A stretch of DNA of 64,000 bases from the NCBI RefSeq assembly GCF_009914755.1, contig NC_060938.1; one strand, 5' to 3'. Below are positions 17,006 to 31,152 of this stretch, in pieces. Made by a program: the position numbers and the translations under genes. This DNA comes from the human T2T-CHM13v2.0 reference genome, Homo sapiens. The notes under the pieces were generated by a model. That model searched no databases, had not been told where the DNA came from, and saw only the letters and a list, made by a program, of their open reading frames with translations. Numbering within the stretch: position 1 is the first letter of the stretch; every line of letters starts with the position of its first letter.

Positions 17006-18254
17006 GGAAAATGTAACAGACCAGATGATGCAATGCTTAGTAAATCAGAGTAAGGACTGGCTTCTCCTGGGTGTGTCAAAGGAGACTATTGAGGAATTTT
17101 GAGCAAAGGAGCAACATAATCTGTCATATATACTAACAGAAACATTCTGACCTGTGATGAAAATAGGCTGCAGACAGCCAAGGGCAAACGTAAAGAATCT
17201 GATGAGGAGACCATTGCAATTATTTTTGGCAAAATATCATGAGGGCTTAGACAAATAGGGGTGGTAAAAAGTGGTTGAATTCTAGATATATTTTGAAGGT
17301 AGAGCAGACAGGATTTGCTGGCAAACTGAAAGTGGTTAGGGAGAGAAAGAAAAGAAGCAAGGATAGTACCCAGGTCTTTGCCCTGAGCAATTGGAAAGAT
17401 ATAATTGCCATTAACTGAAATAGAGAAGGAGCTAGTTTCAGAGGGAGGGGTGAACTTGTCTGGGCCTTAATTGTGAGTTGCCTATTTTAGACATCCTAAT
17501 AGAGATGTCCTATAGGGTATAAATGAGTCTGGAGTTCAGAGGAGATATACATTAGAAAGTTATGAGAATAGAGATGGTATTTAATGCCATGAATCTGGAT
17601 GAGACCACCAAGGCATTGAGCATGGAGGGAAGAGATCGAATTCTGGGGACTCCAACATTTAGAGGTCAGGGATATGAGAAGAAATCAGCAAAAAGAACTG
17701 AGAAGGATCAGCCAGAATTGCAGAGAGATAACCAGTTAGTGTGGTTTCTTGGAGGCCAAGAGAAGAAAGTGTATCAAAAAAGAGTGGTAGATAAACTGTC
17801 AAATTTTGATTGGCATTATTTGGCAAAGGTATAGGATTCATCCATGAAAGTGGATAAAAGGACACAATTTAGATTGAGTACTCAGGAAAGTGGCACTTAT
17901 ATTGAAGATTACAAAGAAAGAAGGCCAGTGACAATCACCGATGCAGTTTTCTTCCTTCCCAAAGTCATCCTTGCTTCATCCCAATGATGTCTCTGCTCAG
18001 TTGCAGGTGCAATCCGTATTTGGACCTATAAGGGACTTTATCTCTCACAGCCACCATCCTGATAGCTGAGCAAGGAGGAGACTCGGAGGATGGGAGTAAG
18101 GATGGAGGAAGAGAAGAGCTCAAAATGACTTCCCCAAATAGGATATATGAAACAGCCAACTCCCTTCTCAATATTGCAGTTGCTTGGATATGATTTCTGG
18201 CAGTGAGAACCCATTAGGCCCCACAAGTAAGACATTGTCTCCTATGCTCATGCA

Positions 18255-18450
18255 GGGGTTCCTGGGGCTGGGAAGAGGAGAAAATGGAAAGTTGTTTAAT
18301 GGGTACAGAGTTTCAGTTCTGCAAGATGGAAAAGTTCTGGAAATCTATTGCAAACAATGTGCAGACGCTTAACACTAATGAACTGTACCCTTAAAAATTA
18401 TAGACATGGTACATTTTATGTGCGCTTTTTTAACCACAGTTGAAAATTTT
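18255..18450 (+). mobile_element. L1MB-type 3'UTR end
   Basis: tttaatgggtacagagtttcagt..gaaaagttctgg. Confidence 0.75.
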
Positions 18451-19025
18451 TTTTGAAGAGGCTGAAGTTTGCTGATTTTCTTTGAGACTTACTGCATCAC
18501 TCAGTATCAGAAAATCTAAAAACAGGGGGACTGTGCAACTGATGAAACCAAATCCCTCATTATGGTGTGTTTCTGTGTTAGACACCATAATCCCAAATTG
18601 CACAGGTCTGCCTTTCCTTAAAGGATGTAACTGACTGGACTAAGTTGTGTAGGAATCCAATTAGAAAAATAAACCAGTACTATTAACTATCTGAAAATCA
18701 GGAAAAGAATGTGGCATGTGTATTACAGGGTTTGGATTACTAAAGCACGCAGTAGATAAATCGAAGGGAGGTAAACTCCAAGGGAGAACCCAGAAGGATG
18801 AGCTTTGCTTTTTTTTTTTTTTTTTAATCTGTTTTACATATTAAGCTAACACGATTTCTTTTTTTAAAAAAGTGTTCCTGGTCAGAAAACCACTGCCCTG
18901 GAGGTCATCTATAAGGAGTGAGATTCCTAGAGACTTTCCTTCTAGTTTATAAATGTATTAAAAATTTTTCACTTTTACAAGTTGCTATTACTCTTGTAGT
19001 CAGATATAATAATAAATTGAAATGA

Positions 19026-19320
<295 letters not shown>

Positions 19321-19327
19321 GAAATGA

Positions 19328-20290
19328 TTTTTTTTTAATTTCCAGTTTTATTTTACATACAGGGGCTACATGTGCAGATCTGTGAGAGTGGAGCTAATTT
19401 CAGAGATCAGTGCTGGGGAATAAATAGAGAGGTAAATGGAACATGGGAATATTGCATGATGCTGACTTTTGTAGAATGGATCTTGTTACCCTGGTAGTGA
19501 GTATACCCAATAGGTAGTTGCTTAACCCAACCCCTCCATCTCCCCGCTATAGTAGTCCACAGTGTCTATTATTCCCATATTTATGATTATGTGTGCTTAA
19601 TGCTTAGCTCCCACTTATAAGTGAGAACAGATCTATTTGGTTTTCTGTTTTTGCATTAATTTGCTTAGGATTGTGGCTTCCAGCTCCATCCATGTTGCTG
19701 CAAAGGACATAATTTTATTCTTTTTTACGGATGTGTAGGATTCCATGGCATATATGTACCACATTTTCTTTATCTAATCTACCATTGATGGGCACCTGGG
19801 TTGATTCCATGTCTTTGCAGTGATGAACATGTGTCTTTTTGTTAGGATGATTTATTTTCTTTAGGGTATGTAGCCAGTAATGGGACAGCTGGGTCAAATG
19901 GTCAAACGGTAACTCTGTTTTAAGTTATTTGAGAAATCTCCAGTCTGCTTTCTACAGTGACTGGACTAATTTACACTTCCACCAACAGTGTATATGCATT
20001 CCCTTTTCTCCACAGCCTTACCAGCATGTTGTTTTTTGGCTTTTTAATAATAGCTATTCTGACTGGTGTGAGCTGATATCTAACTGTGGTTTTGATTTGC
20101 ATTTCTTTAATGACTAATAATGCTGAGCATTTCTTCATATGTTTGTTGGCCACTTGTACGTCTTCTTTTGAGACACATCCTTTGCCCATTTTTAATGGGG
20201 TCATTTGTTTTTTACTTGTTGATTTGTTAGATTAGGCCTTTGTCAGACACATGGTTTGTGAATATCTTCTCCCATTCTATAGATTGTGTG
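19328..20290 (-). mobile_element. L1PB/L1MA 3' end
   Basis: ORF2 remnant KEDVQVANKHMKKCS..EMQIKTT (19971-20204) plus 3'UTR. Confidence 0.85.
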
Positions 20291-20606
20291 ATTTGAAACG
20301 ATTTTTAAGATAAGAAATCTACTTTCTAGGCAGTGTAATGCTGAGGGCATATTGCCTCCTATATTTTTGTGTTTACAGTCCTTGGCCTGCATTCTTGCAC
20401 ATTGTAGACCACAATTCCTAAAAAGCCTTGCATTCAGCATGAATACATTTATTTTCTAAGAGGATGAAAAATTAGAGTAACAATTTTAAATAACCATTAT
20501 TAGAAGTCAGGTGTAAAACACATGTGATTGTTAATTTTGAATTAGAAATTGAAGATCTCTCTTCTATATCCAGGATTATTCTCAAGGGGTTCCTTGCTGA
20601 TCCAAG

Positions 20607-21300
<694 letters not shown>

Positions 21301-21738
21301 TAAACTGCATAGAATGGGCCTATTTTCATGTCATTTGTGTACAAAGAATTGCAAAATTAGTATTCAAAAGAAAGACTTGTATTATATTGTTGGGTGGCTC
21401 TAAAGCCTTAGGTCAAAGTGTGGCTTAAAACAATACACCCTAAAAAGGCTCATCCATAATGTCAGAGAAAACACCTGAACTGCCTTAGGCTTTGTCTCAG
21501 TGTCTGCCCAAATTCTACCTCCACTGGTGGATGTTCAAAACCCATCCTATATTTTACAAGGTAGCAGAGAATAGTGTGCTAATGACTGGAATGAGATAGA
21601 CTTGGATTTGAATGCCAGCTCCATGACTTTACTGGCTACATGATCTTGGGCAAGTTAATGTAATTGTATAAGCCTCCACTCCCTTATCTATAAAATAAGA
21701 CTCCACTCCCTTATCTATAAACTAAGACTTGGTCAAAG

Positions 21739-22272
21739 TGTCAGAGGCATTTGAACCAGAGCAACTCCATCTTGAATAGGAGCTGGGTAAAATAAGGCTG
21801 AAACCTACTGGCCTGCATTCCCAGATGGTTAGGCATTCTAAGTCACAGGATGAGACAGCAGGTCGGCACAAGATACGGGTCTTTCCCTTGCTGATAAAAC
21901 AGGTTGCAGTACAGAAGCTGGCTTAAACCCACCAAAACCAAGATGGCCATGAGAGTGACCTCTGGTCGTCCTCACTGCTACACTCCCACCAGCACCATGA
22001 CAGTTTACAAATGCCATGGCAACATCAGGAAGTTACCCTATATGATCTAAAAAGGGGAGGCATGAATAATCCACCACTTGTTTAGCATATAATCAAGAAA
22101 TAACCATAAAAACAGGCAACCAGCAGCCCTCGGGGCTGCTCTGCCTATGGAATCGCCATTCTTTTATTCCTTTACTTTCTTAATAAACTTACTTTCACTT
22201 TATTGACTCACCCTGAATTATTTCTTGCATGAGATCCAAGAACCTTGTCTTGGAGTCGGAATTGGGATAACA
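21739..22272 (+). mobile_element. MER41A-type solo LTR (copy 1), inserted in an L1MA 3' end (continuing 22273-22525) that lies inside a MIR
   Basis: tgtcagaggcatttgaaccagagcaactccatcttgaatagg; 4-bp TSD aaag. Confidence 0.9.
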
Positions 22273-22916
22273 AAAGGACACAAAATTTCATTTGGACAGA
22301 AGGAATAAGTTCACAAGATTTATTGTACAACATGGTGACTACAGTCAATAACAATGTACTGTATTCTCGAAAATCACTGAGAGTAGATTTTAAGTGTTCT
22401 CACCACAAAAAAGTATGAAGTATGTGAAGTAATGCATATGTTAATTAGTTCCATTCAGCCAGTCTACATTGTGTAAATATTTCAAAACATCATGTTAAAA
22501 ATAAATAAATAAATAAATAAAACAAAATGGGAATCATGATAGGACCTAACTTTAGGGCCTTTATGAGGATTGAGAAGGATGATGGTGTAAAGCTTTTAGT
22601 ACAGTATTTTAATTTTTTTTATTTTTCTAGAATCTGGCTTATTGTTGATAGAACAGTATTTATCATTTAAGTTTTTTTGTATCTCTCACCTCTAGAGATG
22701 GAGAAGAAATTGCTAAGGAGTACAAAAATTTAAACATTATTAAATTTAAATAATCCTTTTTAACTTAATGAGACTAAAGGGAAAAGACAGACATAAGCCA
22801 ATTATAAGGCCAAGTCATTTTAGTGGCCTGATTTATGGGGCGCAGAGCTTCGCATGCCTACATTACCCTCAATTTTCTCAAATTGAACACGTATTAATCT
22901 TTCAGATAGCATCTTT

Positions 22917-23702
22917 TGTCGAAACTTGGAGTTATGAATGGCCCTCACCATATTGATGCTTTCTTACTGAGCTCCTCTCTACCTTGCACAAAAGAGACCC
23001 TAATAGTTAGGCAGGAATATTACTGCCCCTATTCAGCCTGAAGAAGTTACGAAAGATGGATCTTCATCCCTCTGCAACCTTTAGGATTAAGGGTTCTCTT
23101 ATAAAAGGGAGGGAGGAAATGTCAGGGTGTTTGAACCAGAGCAACTCTATCTTGAATAGGGGCTGGGTAAAATAAGGCTGAGACCTACTGGGCTGCATCC
23201 GCAGACAGCTAAGGCATTCCAAGTCATGGGATGAGATAAGAGGTCGGCACAAGATGCAGGTCATAAAGACCTTGCTGATAAAACAGGTTGCAGTGAAGAA
23301 GACGGCCAAAACCCACCAAAACCAAGATGGTGATGAGAGTGACCTCTGGTGGTCCTCACTGCTACACTCCCACCAGCGCCATGATAGATTACAAATGCCA
23401 TAGAAACATCAGAAAGTTACCCAATATGGTCTAAAAAAGAGAGGCACGAATAACTATGCTAAGGAGAGGCATAATAACTATGCTAAATACCCCTTGTTTA
23501 GCATAGAATCAAGAAATAACTATCAAAATGGGCAACCAGCAACCCTCAGGGCTGCTCTGCCTATGGAGTAGCCATTTTTTTATTTCTTTATTTTCCTGAT
23601 AAATTTGCTTTCACTTTACTCTGTGGACTTGATCCAAACTTTCTTGCACGAGATCCAAGAACTCTCTCTTGGGGTCTGGATCAGGACACCTTTCCAGTAA
23701 CA
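22917..23702 (+). mobile_element. MER41 internal 3' end + PPT + 3' LTR (copy 2, LTR 23120-23702)
   Basis: Polypurine tract aaaagggagggaggaaa directly before TGTCAG; no 5' LTR or TSD. Confidence 0.8.
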
Positions 23703-24248
23703 AAAGGAAGCCTAACATGACTAGCTCCATTTTGCTCCTAACCTCCCCATGCCCATAGTGATATCTTTTGGGTTAACTACTTTTATTTATCTTTGTACAT
23801 AGGCTGAGTTAACTATGGGAGGAATTTAATTTATAGCCTAACTTTTTAAAGGGAAGGATGATGATAGTCCCTTCTCAAAACTAATCTTTAAGAAGATAAA
23901 GAAGTGTACACACAAGTAACAATGTTATGTTAAAGATGTATAGGAGCATTTTGACCTGACCAAGGGCAAAGAAGCTTCACAACCCCCCAACTTGGACCCT
24001 AACTGCCACCCAGGTATCTATGATCATCAGTCACCTCTTGATCTCAACTGAAGGCTCTCTAATTCTCCTTTCCTCTAACATAAAAAAGCCTAAAATTCTA
24101 TTAACTTAAGATGGTTATTTTGGACACTAGTCTGCCATCTTGGCTTGCTGGTTCTCTGAAATAAAGTTACTTTCCTTGCCCCAACACCATGTCTTTTGAC
24201 TAATGGGCTTCGTGTGGCAAATGGTATGAGCTTTGGATTCAACTGCAA
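23703..24248 (+). mobile_element. Older ERV1 LTR, 5'-truncated (family uncertain)
   Basis: ctccattttgctcctaacctcc.. and aataaagttactttccttgccccaacac..gagctttggattc ERV1 LTR motifs. Confidence 0.55.
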
Positions 24249-24824
24249 GAATCCATGCACCTCTTTGGATCTTATATGTTTGGAAACTTTATGGTTAATT
24301 ATCTTTAACTCCTGGTCTATACCATATATTAATAGCATAGGCTGATTAAGAGCAGCATGTCCTTGTTGACCCAGGAGGTTTTGTCATTCTTAAAACTACT
24401 GATTTTAGACCAAACTATATAGAAATTCATTCCAGATATATTTAACAGATAATATTAACAAAGCGAAAACGAATTAAAAGAGGTTTACTACCATGGAAAA
24501 TCACAGTCAATTAAAAGTAAATACCTGAACTTATTTCCATATTTGAAGAGTTACATTCCAAGATTCCAAGATTCTTCCTGCTGTGCTGGGGCCACTACAT
24601 CAGCCCTAAACTCATCAGTGAGGAAGGGAATGTGGTGAAGGATGAGTTTGGTTAAGGATGTGGGCGCATGATCTACTTGTCTGTGGTTTGTTCCTACAGG
24701 CAGTAGAGATGGGTGCATAGTGATGAGTCAGTGACCATTCATTCAACAGGCATATACAAAAGGCACTGATGATATTAGACCAATAAGGCACAACCCTTGT
24801 TCTCAAATTCACAGTCTATTCCAA

Positions 24825-24992
24825 GACTCTGCTGTTCAAATGTAGTCCTTAGATGAGCAGCATGGACATTGATTGGAAGCTTTTTAGAAGTGCACAATCT
24901 CAGGCCCCACCCCAGACCTACTGAATCAAAATCTACATTTTAGAAATAACTCCAGATGATTCATATAAGTAGTAAAGTCTCAGACGTACTGT
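24825..24992. mobile_element. MER5A (hAT-Charlie)
   Basis: ctcaggccccaccccagacctactgaatcaaaatct. Confidence 0.8.
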
Positions 24993-25285
24993 TCCAGGAC
25001 AGACACATAAACAAGTACAGGTTATTTCTGGTGTAACATCTTATATGCAATCCTACAAAACTCACATACTGCAAGATTGTGCACTAAAATAACAGAGTCT
25101 ATGGTGGAAATTGGTTAAGGGCAGACTTCTGAAAACCTACAAAATTTTGAATCCAGAGCACTAACAAAAACAATCACAATTCTAATAAAAACAATAGTTA
25201 AATCTACTGGTATTTGTATCTAGTATCAGTCAATTCTTTGCTGTCTTCAACCTGCAGGATTCAGACTTCCTCCTTTGAGACATAA

Positions 25286-26143
<858 letters not shown>

Positions 26144-26191
26144 ATAAGACCTAGATATTAGTATTTTATTTGTTAAAAGAAAATTTTTAGG

Positions 26192-27099
26192 GGGAGAATT
26201 TAAAGAGTTTAATTTTTTCCTAGAACAAGATCAACAGTTTTCACTGAGATAAAAGAATAAAGAACAACAAACTCAATAACACCAAATGGGTTTTTGATAC
26301 AGAAAACAGGGCCGCTCCATTCAAATGCAAATTTTTACATTAAAATATGTTTATAAACCATAGTTGTTGTTCCCCCTGATTCAACACTTCTCCGTCCTCT
26401 AACGGGAGCCCCAGGAACTTGAAGAGCATGTGCACTACTAACTAGATACACAATCCAGCCGCCCCTTCCAAGCTGGAATCTGATTACTACTGGACTAGAC
26501 TCAGGGCTGCCCCCAAGGGATGGAAAGCAGTAACTATGGACTCAGAGAGAATGGCTACTGAGGATCCCACCAAAGAGTTGAACGCTGTGCACTGGGTCCA
26601 GTGCAGTTTCCCACCACTATGAACAGGAGAACCTTGGAATACCAGTCTTGATGATGCTGCCTGTCCTTGCTCACACTGATAGTAAACAGGGTAAATATTA
26701 TTCTCATGGCAATTGGAATAAAAATGAAATGGAGAATGGTGACCTGCAGTGGGCAGCAGTCCTGGTCTGTGTTGGTATGAACATGTTCATGCTGAAAAGG
26801 AGGCTGCAATCCCCCCATACAGTTGCTCTGTGACCTAGGGGACTGTTTCTTGAACTTGAAGTTGAATTCTTAAATTGGTTCCTGTCTGTTCCCAACTGGA
26901 AGTGTTTTCTGGAATGATTGGATTCTCAGAGACTCGAGCAACAAATGGCTCATACATATGCTACAGAGATCAGATCACACAAGCTTGGAGACAATGTAGT
27001 TTCTCCACTGACTCTGGTGGCAGGTGCAAAGGCAGGAAGCATCCAGAGGGGAATGCCTTCGGTACAACCTGGTCCAAAAACTAGCCGTGCAAGTGACAG
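26192..27099 (-). pseudogene. TMEM183A: Processed, 5'-truncated TMEM183A pseudogene fragment (3' CDS + 3'UTR)
   Basis: Frameshifted minus-strand translations [73 protein letters not shown] (ORF 26555-26818) and DPVHSV..WW match the TMEM183A C-terminal half as I recall it; no introns; stop near 26534; ATTAAA at 26208-26213. Confidence 0.85.
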
Positions 27100-27299
27100 G
27101 AGCTCAGTGCAAAACAATACATTTATTTAACAATTCCCTTCTTTTGCTCGGGTTCTCTCCTAGGTCAGAGTGTGACCAAAATCTAAGGCTTTAGAGCACC
27201 ACTTTCAATTACCATCATTTCGGTTTCTCGTCTCAGCATGTCATTCATAGGTTATGGTATCCTCATGATCATGCATTTCTTTGAGTTTTGTCATTCTAG

Positions 27300-27778
27300 C
27301 CAAAGAGTAACAATTTGACATTCTACAAATGGCTGCATGTTAGCAAACATTTAAAACTTTTGAGAGAATACAGTGCACCAAGGTGACCACTGTCATCGGG
27401 AGGATAATACCAACAGTTTGCAGATGCCCCTTAGCTAGGGTCCCCATGAGCTAAACAAACAAAAATCAAATAAATCAAAGAATAAACCAGATGAAGAGTG
27501 TACCTATTTTAACCAAGCGGCCTGTTCATTAATCCTCTGCAAATGAGTCTCTATAATACCCAGCATATTCATCCATGTGCAAAACGTGTCAGCAACTGCA
27601 CGATTTCTCCCTATTCAGCCAGTAGGGAATCTAGAGCAATTCTATTATCTAGTACAACTTTAGCAAGAGAATTTAAAGTCTGTTATGCAACCATAGCCTT
27701 TGCAATAGAATCTGCTATAGAGATGATTATAAGGAATTTCCTTCCTTCCTTCCTTCCTTCCTTCCTTCCTTCCTTCCT

Positions 27779-27823
<45 letters not shown>

Positions 27824-28700
27824 TTTCTTTTTCTTTCTTTCTTTCCTTCTTTGAGACAGGGTCTTGCTCAACCTCCCAGGCTCAAGCAATTCTCCCTACC
27901 TCAGTCTCCCAAGTGGCTGGGAGTACAGACATGTACCACCATGCCCAGCTAAAATTTTAAAATATTTTTGTAGAGACAAGGTCTCACTAGGCTGGTCTCA
28001 AACTCCTAGGCTCAAATGATCCTCCCACCTCAGCCTCCCAAAGTGTTGGGATTACAGATGTGAGCCAACACACCCAGTCAGGAATACATTTCAAATTATT
28101 GCCTCATTTATATTTACTCCAAGCCATGGAAAATAAATCTAACATTGGCCCTTCATGCTCAATCCATCAAAGGCATAAGGTTGCCCATGTGTAAAGTTGG
28201 CTGCAAAATCCTCCACAAATAAAAGTATACCCCACGGATAGACATAAGGCCCCTTTTCCAGTTCTGTTGTTCATGGATACATTACCTGGAATGGTGAAAT
28301 TAGCAATTTCAAACCAAGGGCCTGAGGCAGAATTACGGGTTGAAAGAGTGCTATCATATCCTGACACATAAGTCAGTTTGCAAGAAACTCCATTTGGGCA
28401 TTGGTGCAAACCTGTCTTGTGATATACTCATTGGTCATTGTTCTTGTATCCCATTATTGGATTAAATTAAAACAGGGAGTGAGAGCAAGTCGGTTTAGAA
28501 GTCTTACTACTAGTACAATTTGAACAACAGTTATGTTAGGAATGTTGCTAACATTACCCACCAGGTTAACTAAAGGATCCCTTAGGTCATGTAAAATCTG
28601 GGTTTGGCATGACAGATTCAACACTCCATGAATTTACCCATAAAAGCTACTCATTGTGAAATTCTAATTACAGCATTATCCTGCCAAGTTCAAGAGGTAG
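27300..28700 (-). pseudogene. env: Decayed ERV env (TM immunosuppressive domain at 27608-27652)
   Basis: Minus translation LNSLAKVVLDNRIALDSLLAE*G is CKS-17-like and is followed by a decayed Cys motif; interrupted by an AluJ. Confidence 0.8.
27737..28078 (-). mobile_element. AluJ-like, internally deleted, tail expanded to (TTCC)n(TTTC)n
   Basis: J-type ggctcaagc/gatcctcccacctcagc; microsatellite at about 27737-27850. Confidence 0.85.
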
Positions 28701-28799
28701 GCATACGTAAGGAAAGATTAAGAAAAATAAGAGTTTCATGATGGCAGAGAAATTTTGATTTGTGATCTTGGGGAAGCTGCTTAAGTCTAGGATACCATC

Positions 28800-30110
28800 T
28801 GCTTCTGGGGAGAAACTTCCCTGGTTAGCTTTACCTTAAAGTTTATAATGGGTATACAGTTCCAAGAGTTTGGGGGGGCCCTTTTTAATTTGTGAGATAT
28901 GGATTCAAGTATCAAAGTCCCAAAGTTTGGCTGCAGATTGAGTGGCAAAGGCAGTCTTTTTCTGATACCATTTCCAGAAAACCAAATCTCTGGGTTCTAG
29001 ATCATGAAGGATTTGAGTGCTCTTGGTCAGTGCATTCTGCAAAGCTTCCTTTACCTGGTGAAAATACACTTTGACATAATGCATCAAAGCCTCGCAACAT
29101 TTAGTCATATCCGAGTTTAGGATCCTTTTATAAGGGGGTCAACTTACATTCTCCACTGTAAGTGCATCTGGCTTTTATTAATCTGCAATACCTTTTATCA
29201 ATCTGCAATATCAAGGCAATCCAGTCAATTCAGTTAGCTTCACCTAAGGCTATTAAATCTGTAATACTTTATTTAACTGTTTTCCAACTTCTCCAGTGAA
29301 ACAAGTACCTTTATCCCTAGAGATCTCTTCAGGAATCCCCCATGAGGAAAACACATTTTCTAATAACCTTTTAGCTACTGTTATAGAATTGGCTTCCTGC
29401 ATGGGAAAACTTCTAAACCAGAAAACATGCACTGAAAATGGCAACTGAGGGCAGGCGCAGTGGCTCATGACTGTAATCCCAGCACTTTGGGAGGCCACAG
29501 TGGGCAGATCACTTGAGAAGAGGAGTTCAAGACCAGCCTGGCCAACATCACGAAACCCCATCTCTACTAAAAATACCAAAATTATCCAGGTGTGGTGGTA
29601 CACGCCTATAGTTCCAGCTACCCAGAGGGCTGAGGCATGAAAATAATTTGAACCTGGAAGGCGGAGGTTGCAGTGAGCTGAGACCACTGCACTTCAACCT
29701 GGATGACAGAGCAAGACAGACGAAAGAAAGAGAGAAAGAGAGAGAGAAAGAGAGGGAGAAAGGGAGGGAGGAAGGGAGGAAGGGAGGGAGGAAGGGAGGT
29801 AGGAAGGAAGGAAGGAAGGAAGGAAGGAAAAGAAAGAGAAAGAAGACCACTATAAAGGTCCAATGGCCCATACCTAAAGTTTTGATTGTCTTCTCGGGAT
29901 TATAAATTTGATAAACCAAACATTGGTCATAAACCATATCAGCAATTTTAGAACAGTCACCACACCAATGTATGTTTTTTTCATTATTTGGATTATTTTA
30001 TCTCTTCCATGATGAGCCATGGAGTGCAGAGCTTTTAAAAATGAAAGCATCAAGGACTCAGGAAGGACCAGGCAGCCACCCAGGCTCTCCATGAGTCCAT
30101 GCTTAAAATT
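28800..30110 (-). pseudogene. pol: Decayed ERV pol (integrase), split by an Alu
   Basis: ORF fragments [13 protein letters not shown] (HHCC finger) and VAKRLLENVFSSWGIPEEISRDKGTCFTG (integrase core, SDxGxxF-like). Confidence 0.8.
29449..29845 (+). mobile_element. AluS with a GA/GGAA-rich tail
   Basis: Dimer plus purine microsatellite at about 29720-29845. Confidence 0.9.
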
Positions 30111-30120
30111 GGATTTATAG

Positions 30121-30427
<307 letters not shown>

Positions 30428-30735
30428 ATTTATAGCCTTTTAAATACCAATTTTATTTCTTTAATTCAGGTACATAGCACTGTTTACTACAGTATGATAG
30501 CAATGTGCTATCATATGTAATTTGACTTGGATCATGGAGTTCCTTTAAATTGCATATCTTAACAATTTCAGTACTGGCTGACTTGTACTTTCTTGGTATT
30601 TAATTAATTCTTGTCCCGCTTAGCAGTTTTACAAACCAGTAAATCTTTTCATTAGAGGTCTGGGGGATTCTTACACAGTCTAGTGATATGAATTTAAGGC
30701 TATCAGAAGCCTGTACTTATCAGAGTCTTTCCATC

Positions 30736-31152
30736 CTTCTCAGTCCATTTTGCATTGCTGTGAAAGAATACCTGAGGCTGGGTAATTTAGGAAGGGGTTT
30801 ATTTGGCTCAGGGTTCTGGAGGCTGTACAAGAAGCATGGCACTGGCATTTGCCCCAGTAAGAACCCCAAGAAGCTTCCAATCATGGCAGAAGGAGGAGGG
30901 TAGCTGGCATGTCACATGGCAAGAGAGGAAGAAAGAGAGAGACAGGGGAAGGATGCCATGCTCTTTTAAACAATCAGCTGTCATGTAAACTAATAGATCA
31001 AGAACTCATTTGTTACCACAGAAATGGCACCAAGCCATTCACAAGGGGTCTGCCCCCTTTACCCAAACACCTCTCATTAGGCCCCATTTCCAAAATTGGT
31101 GATCAAATTTCAACATGAGATTTGGAGGGGACAAATATCCAAACTGTAAACA
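30736..31152 (-). mobile_element. MST-type MaLR solo LTR inside the ERV1 internal region
   Basis: gaatacctgaggctgggtaatt..caacatgagatttggagggg; 5-bp TSD ccatc. Confidence 0.85.

Noticed and set aside
21739-23702. MER41 copies 1 and 2 as the paired LTRs of one provirus
   Set aside because: Copy 1 has its own TSD (aaag) inside an L1MA and is followed by L1/MIR rather than a PBS
26555-26818. Functional TMEM183A retrogene ORF
   Set aside because: 5' half absent, several frameshifts and deletions, premature stop; treated as a pseudogene fragment
27300-28700. Possible syncytin-like domesticated env
   Set aside because: Stops flank and interrupt the ISD, and there are frameshifts and an Alu insertion; no long ORF
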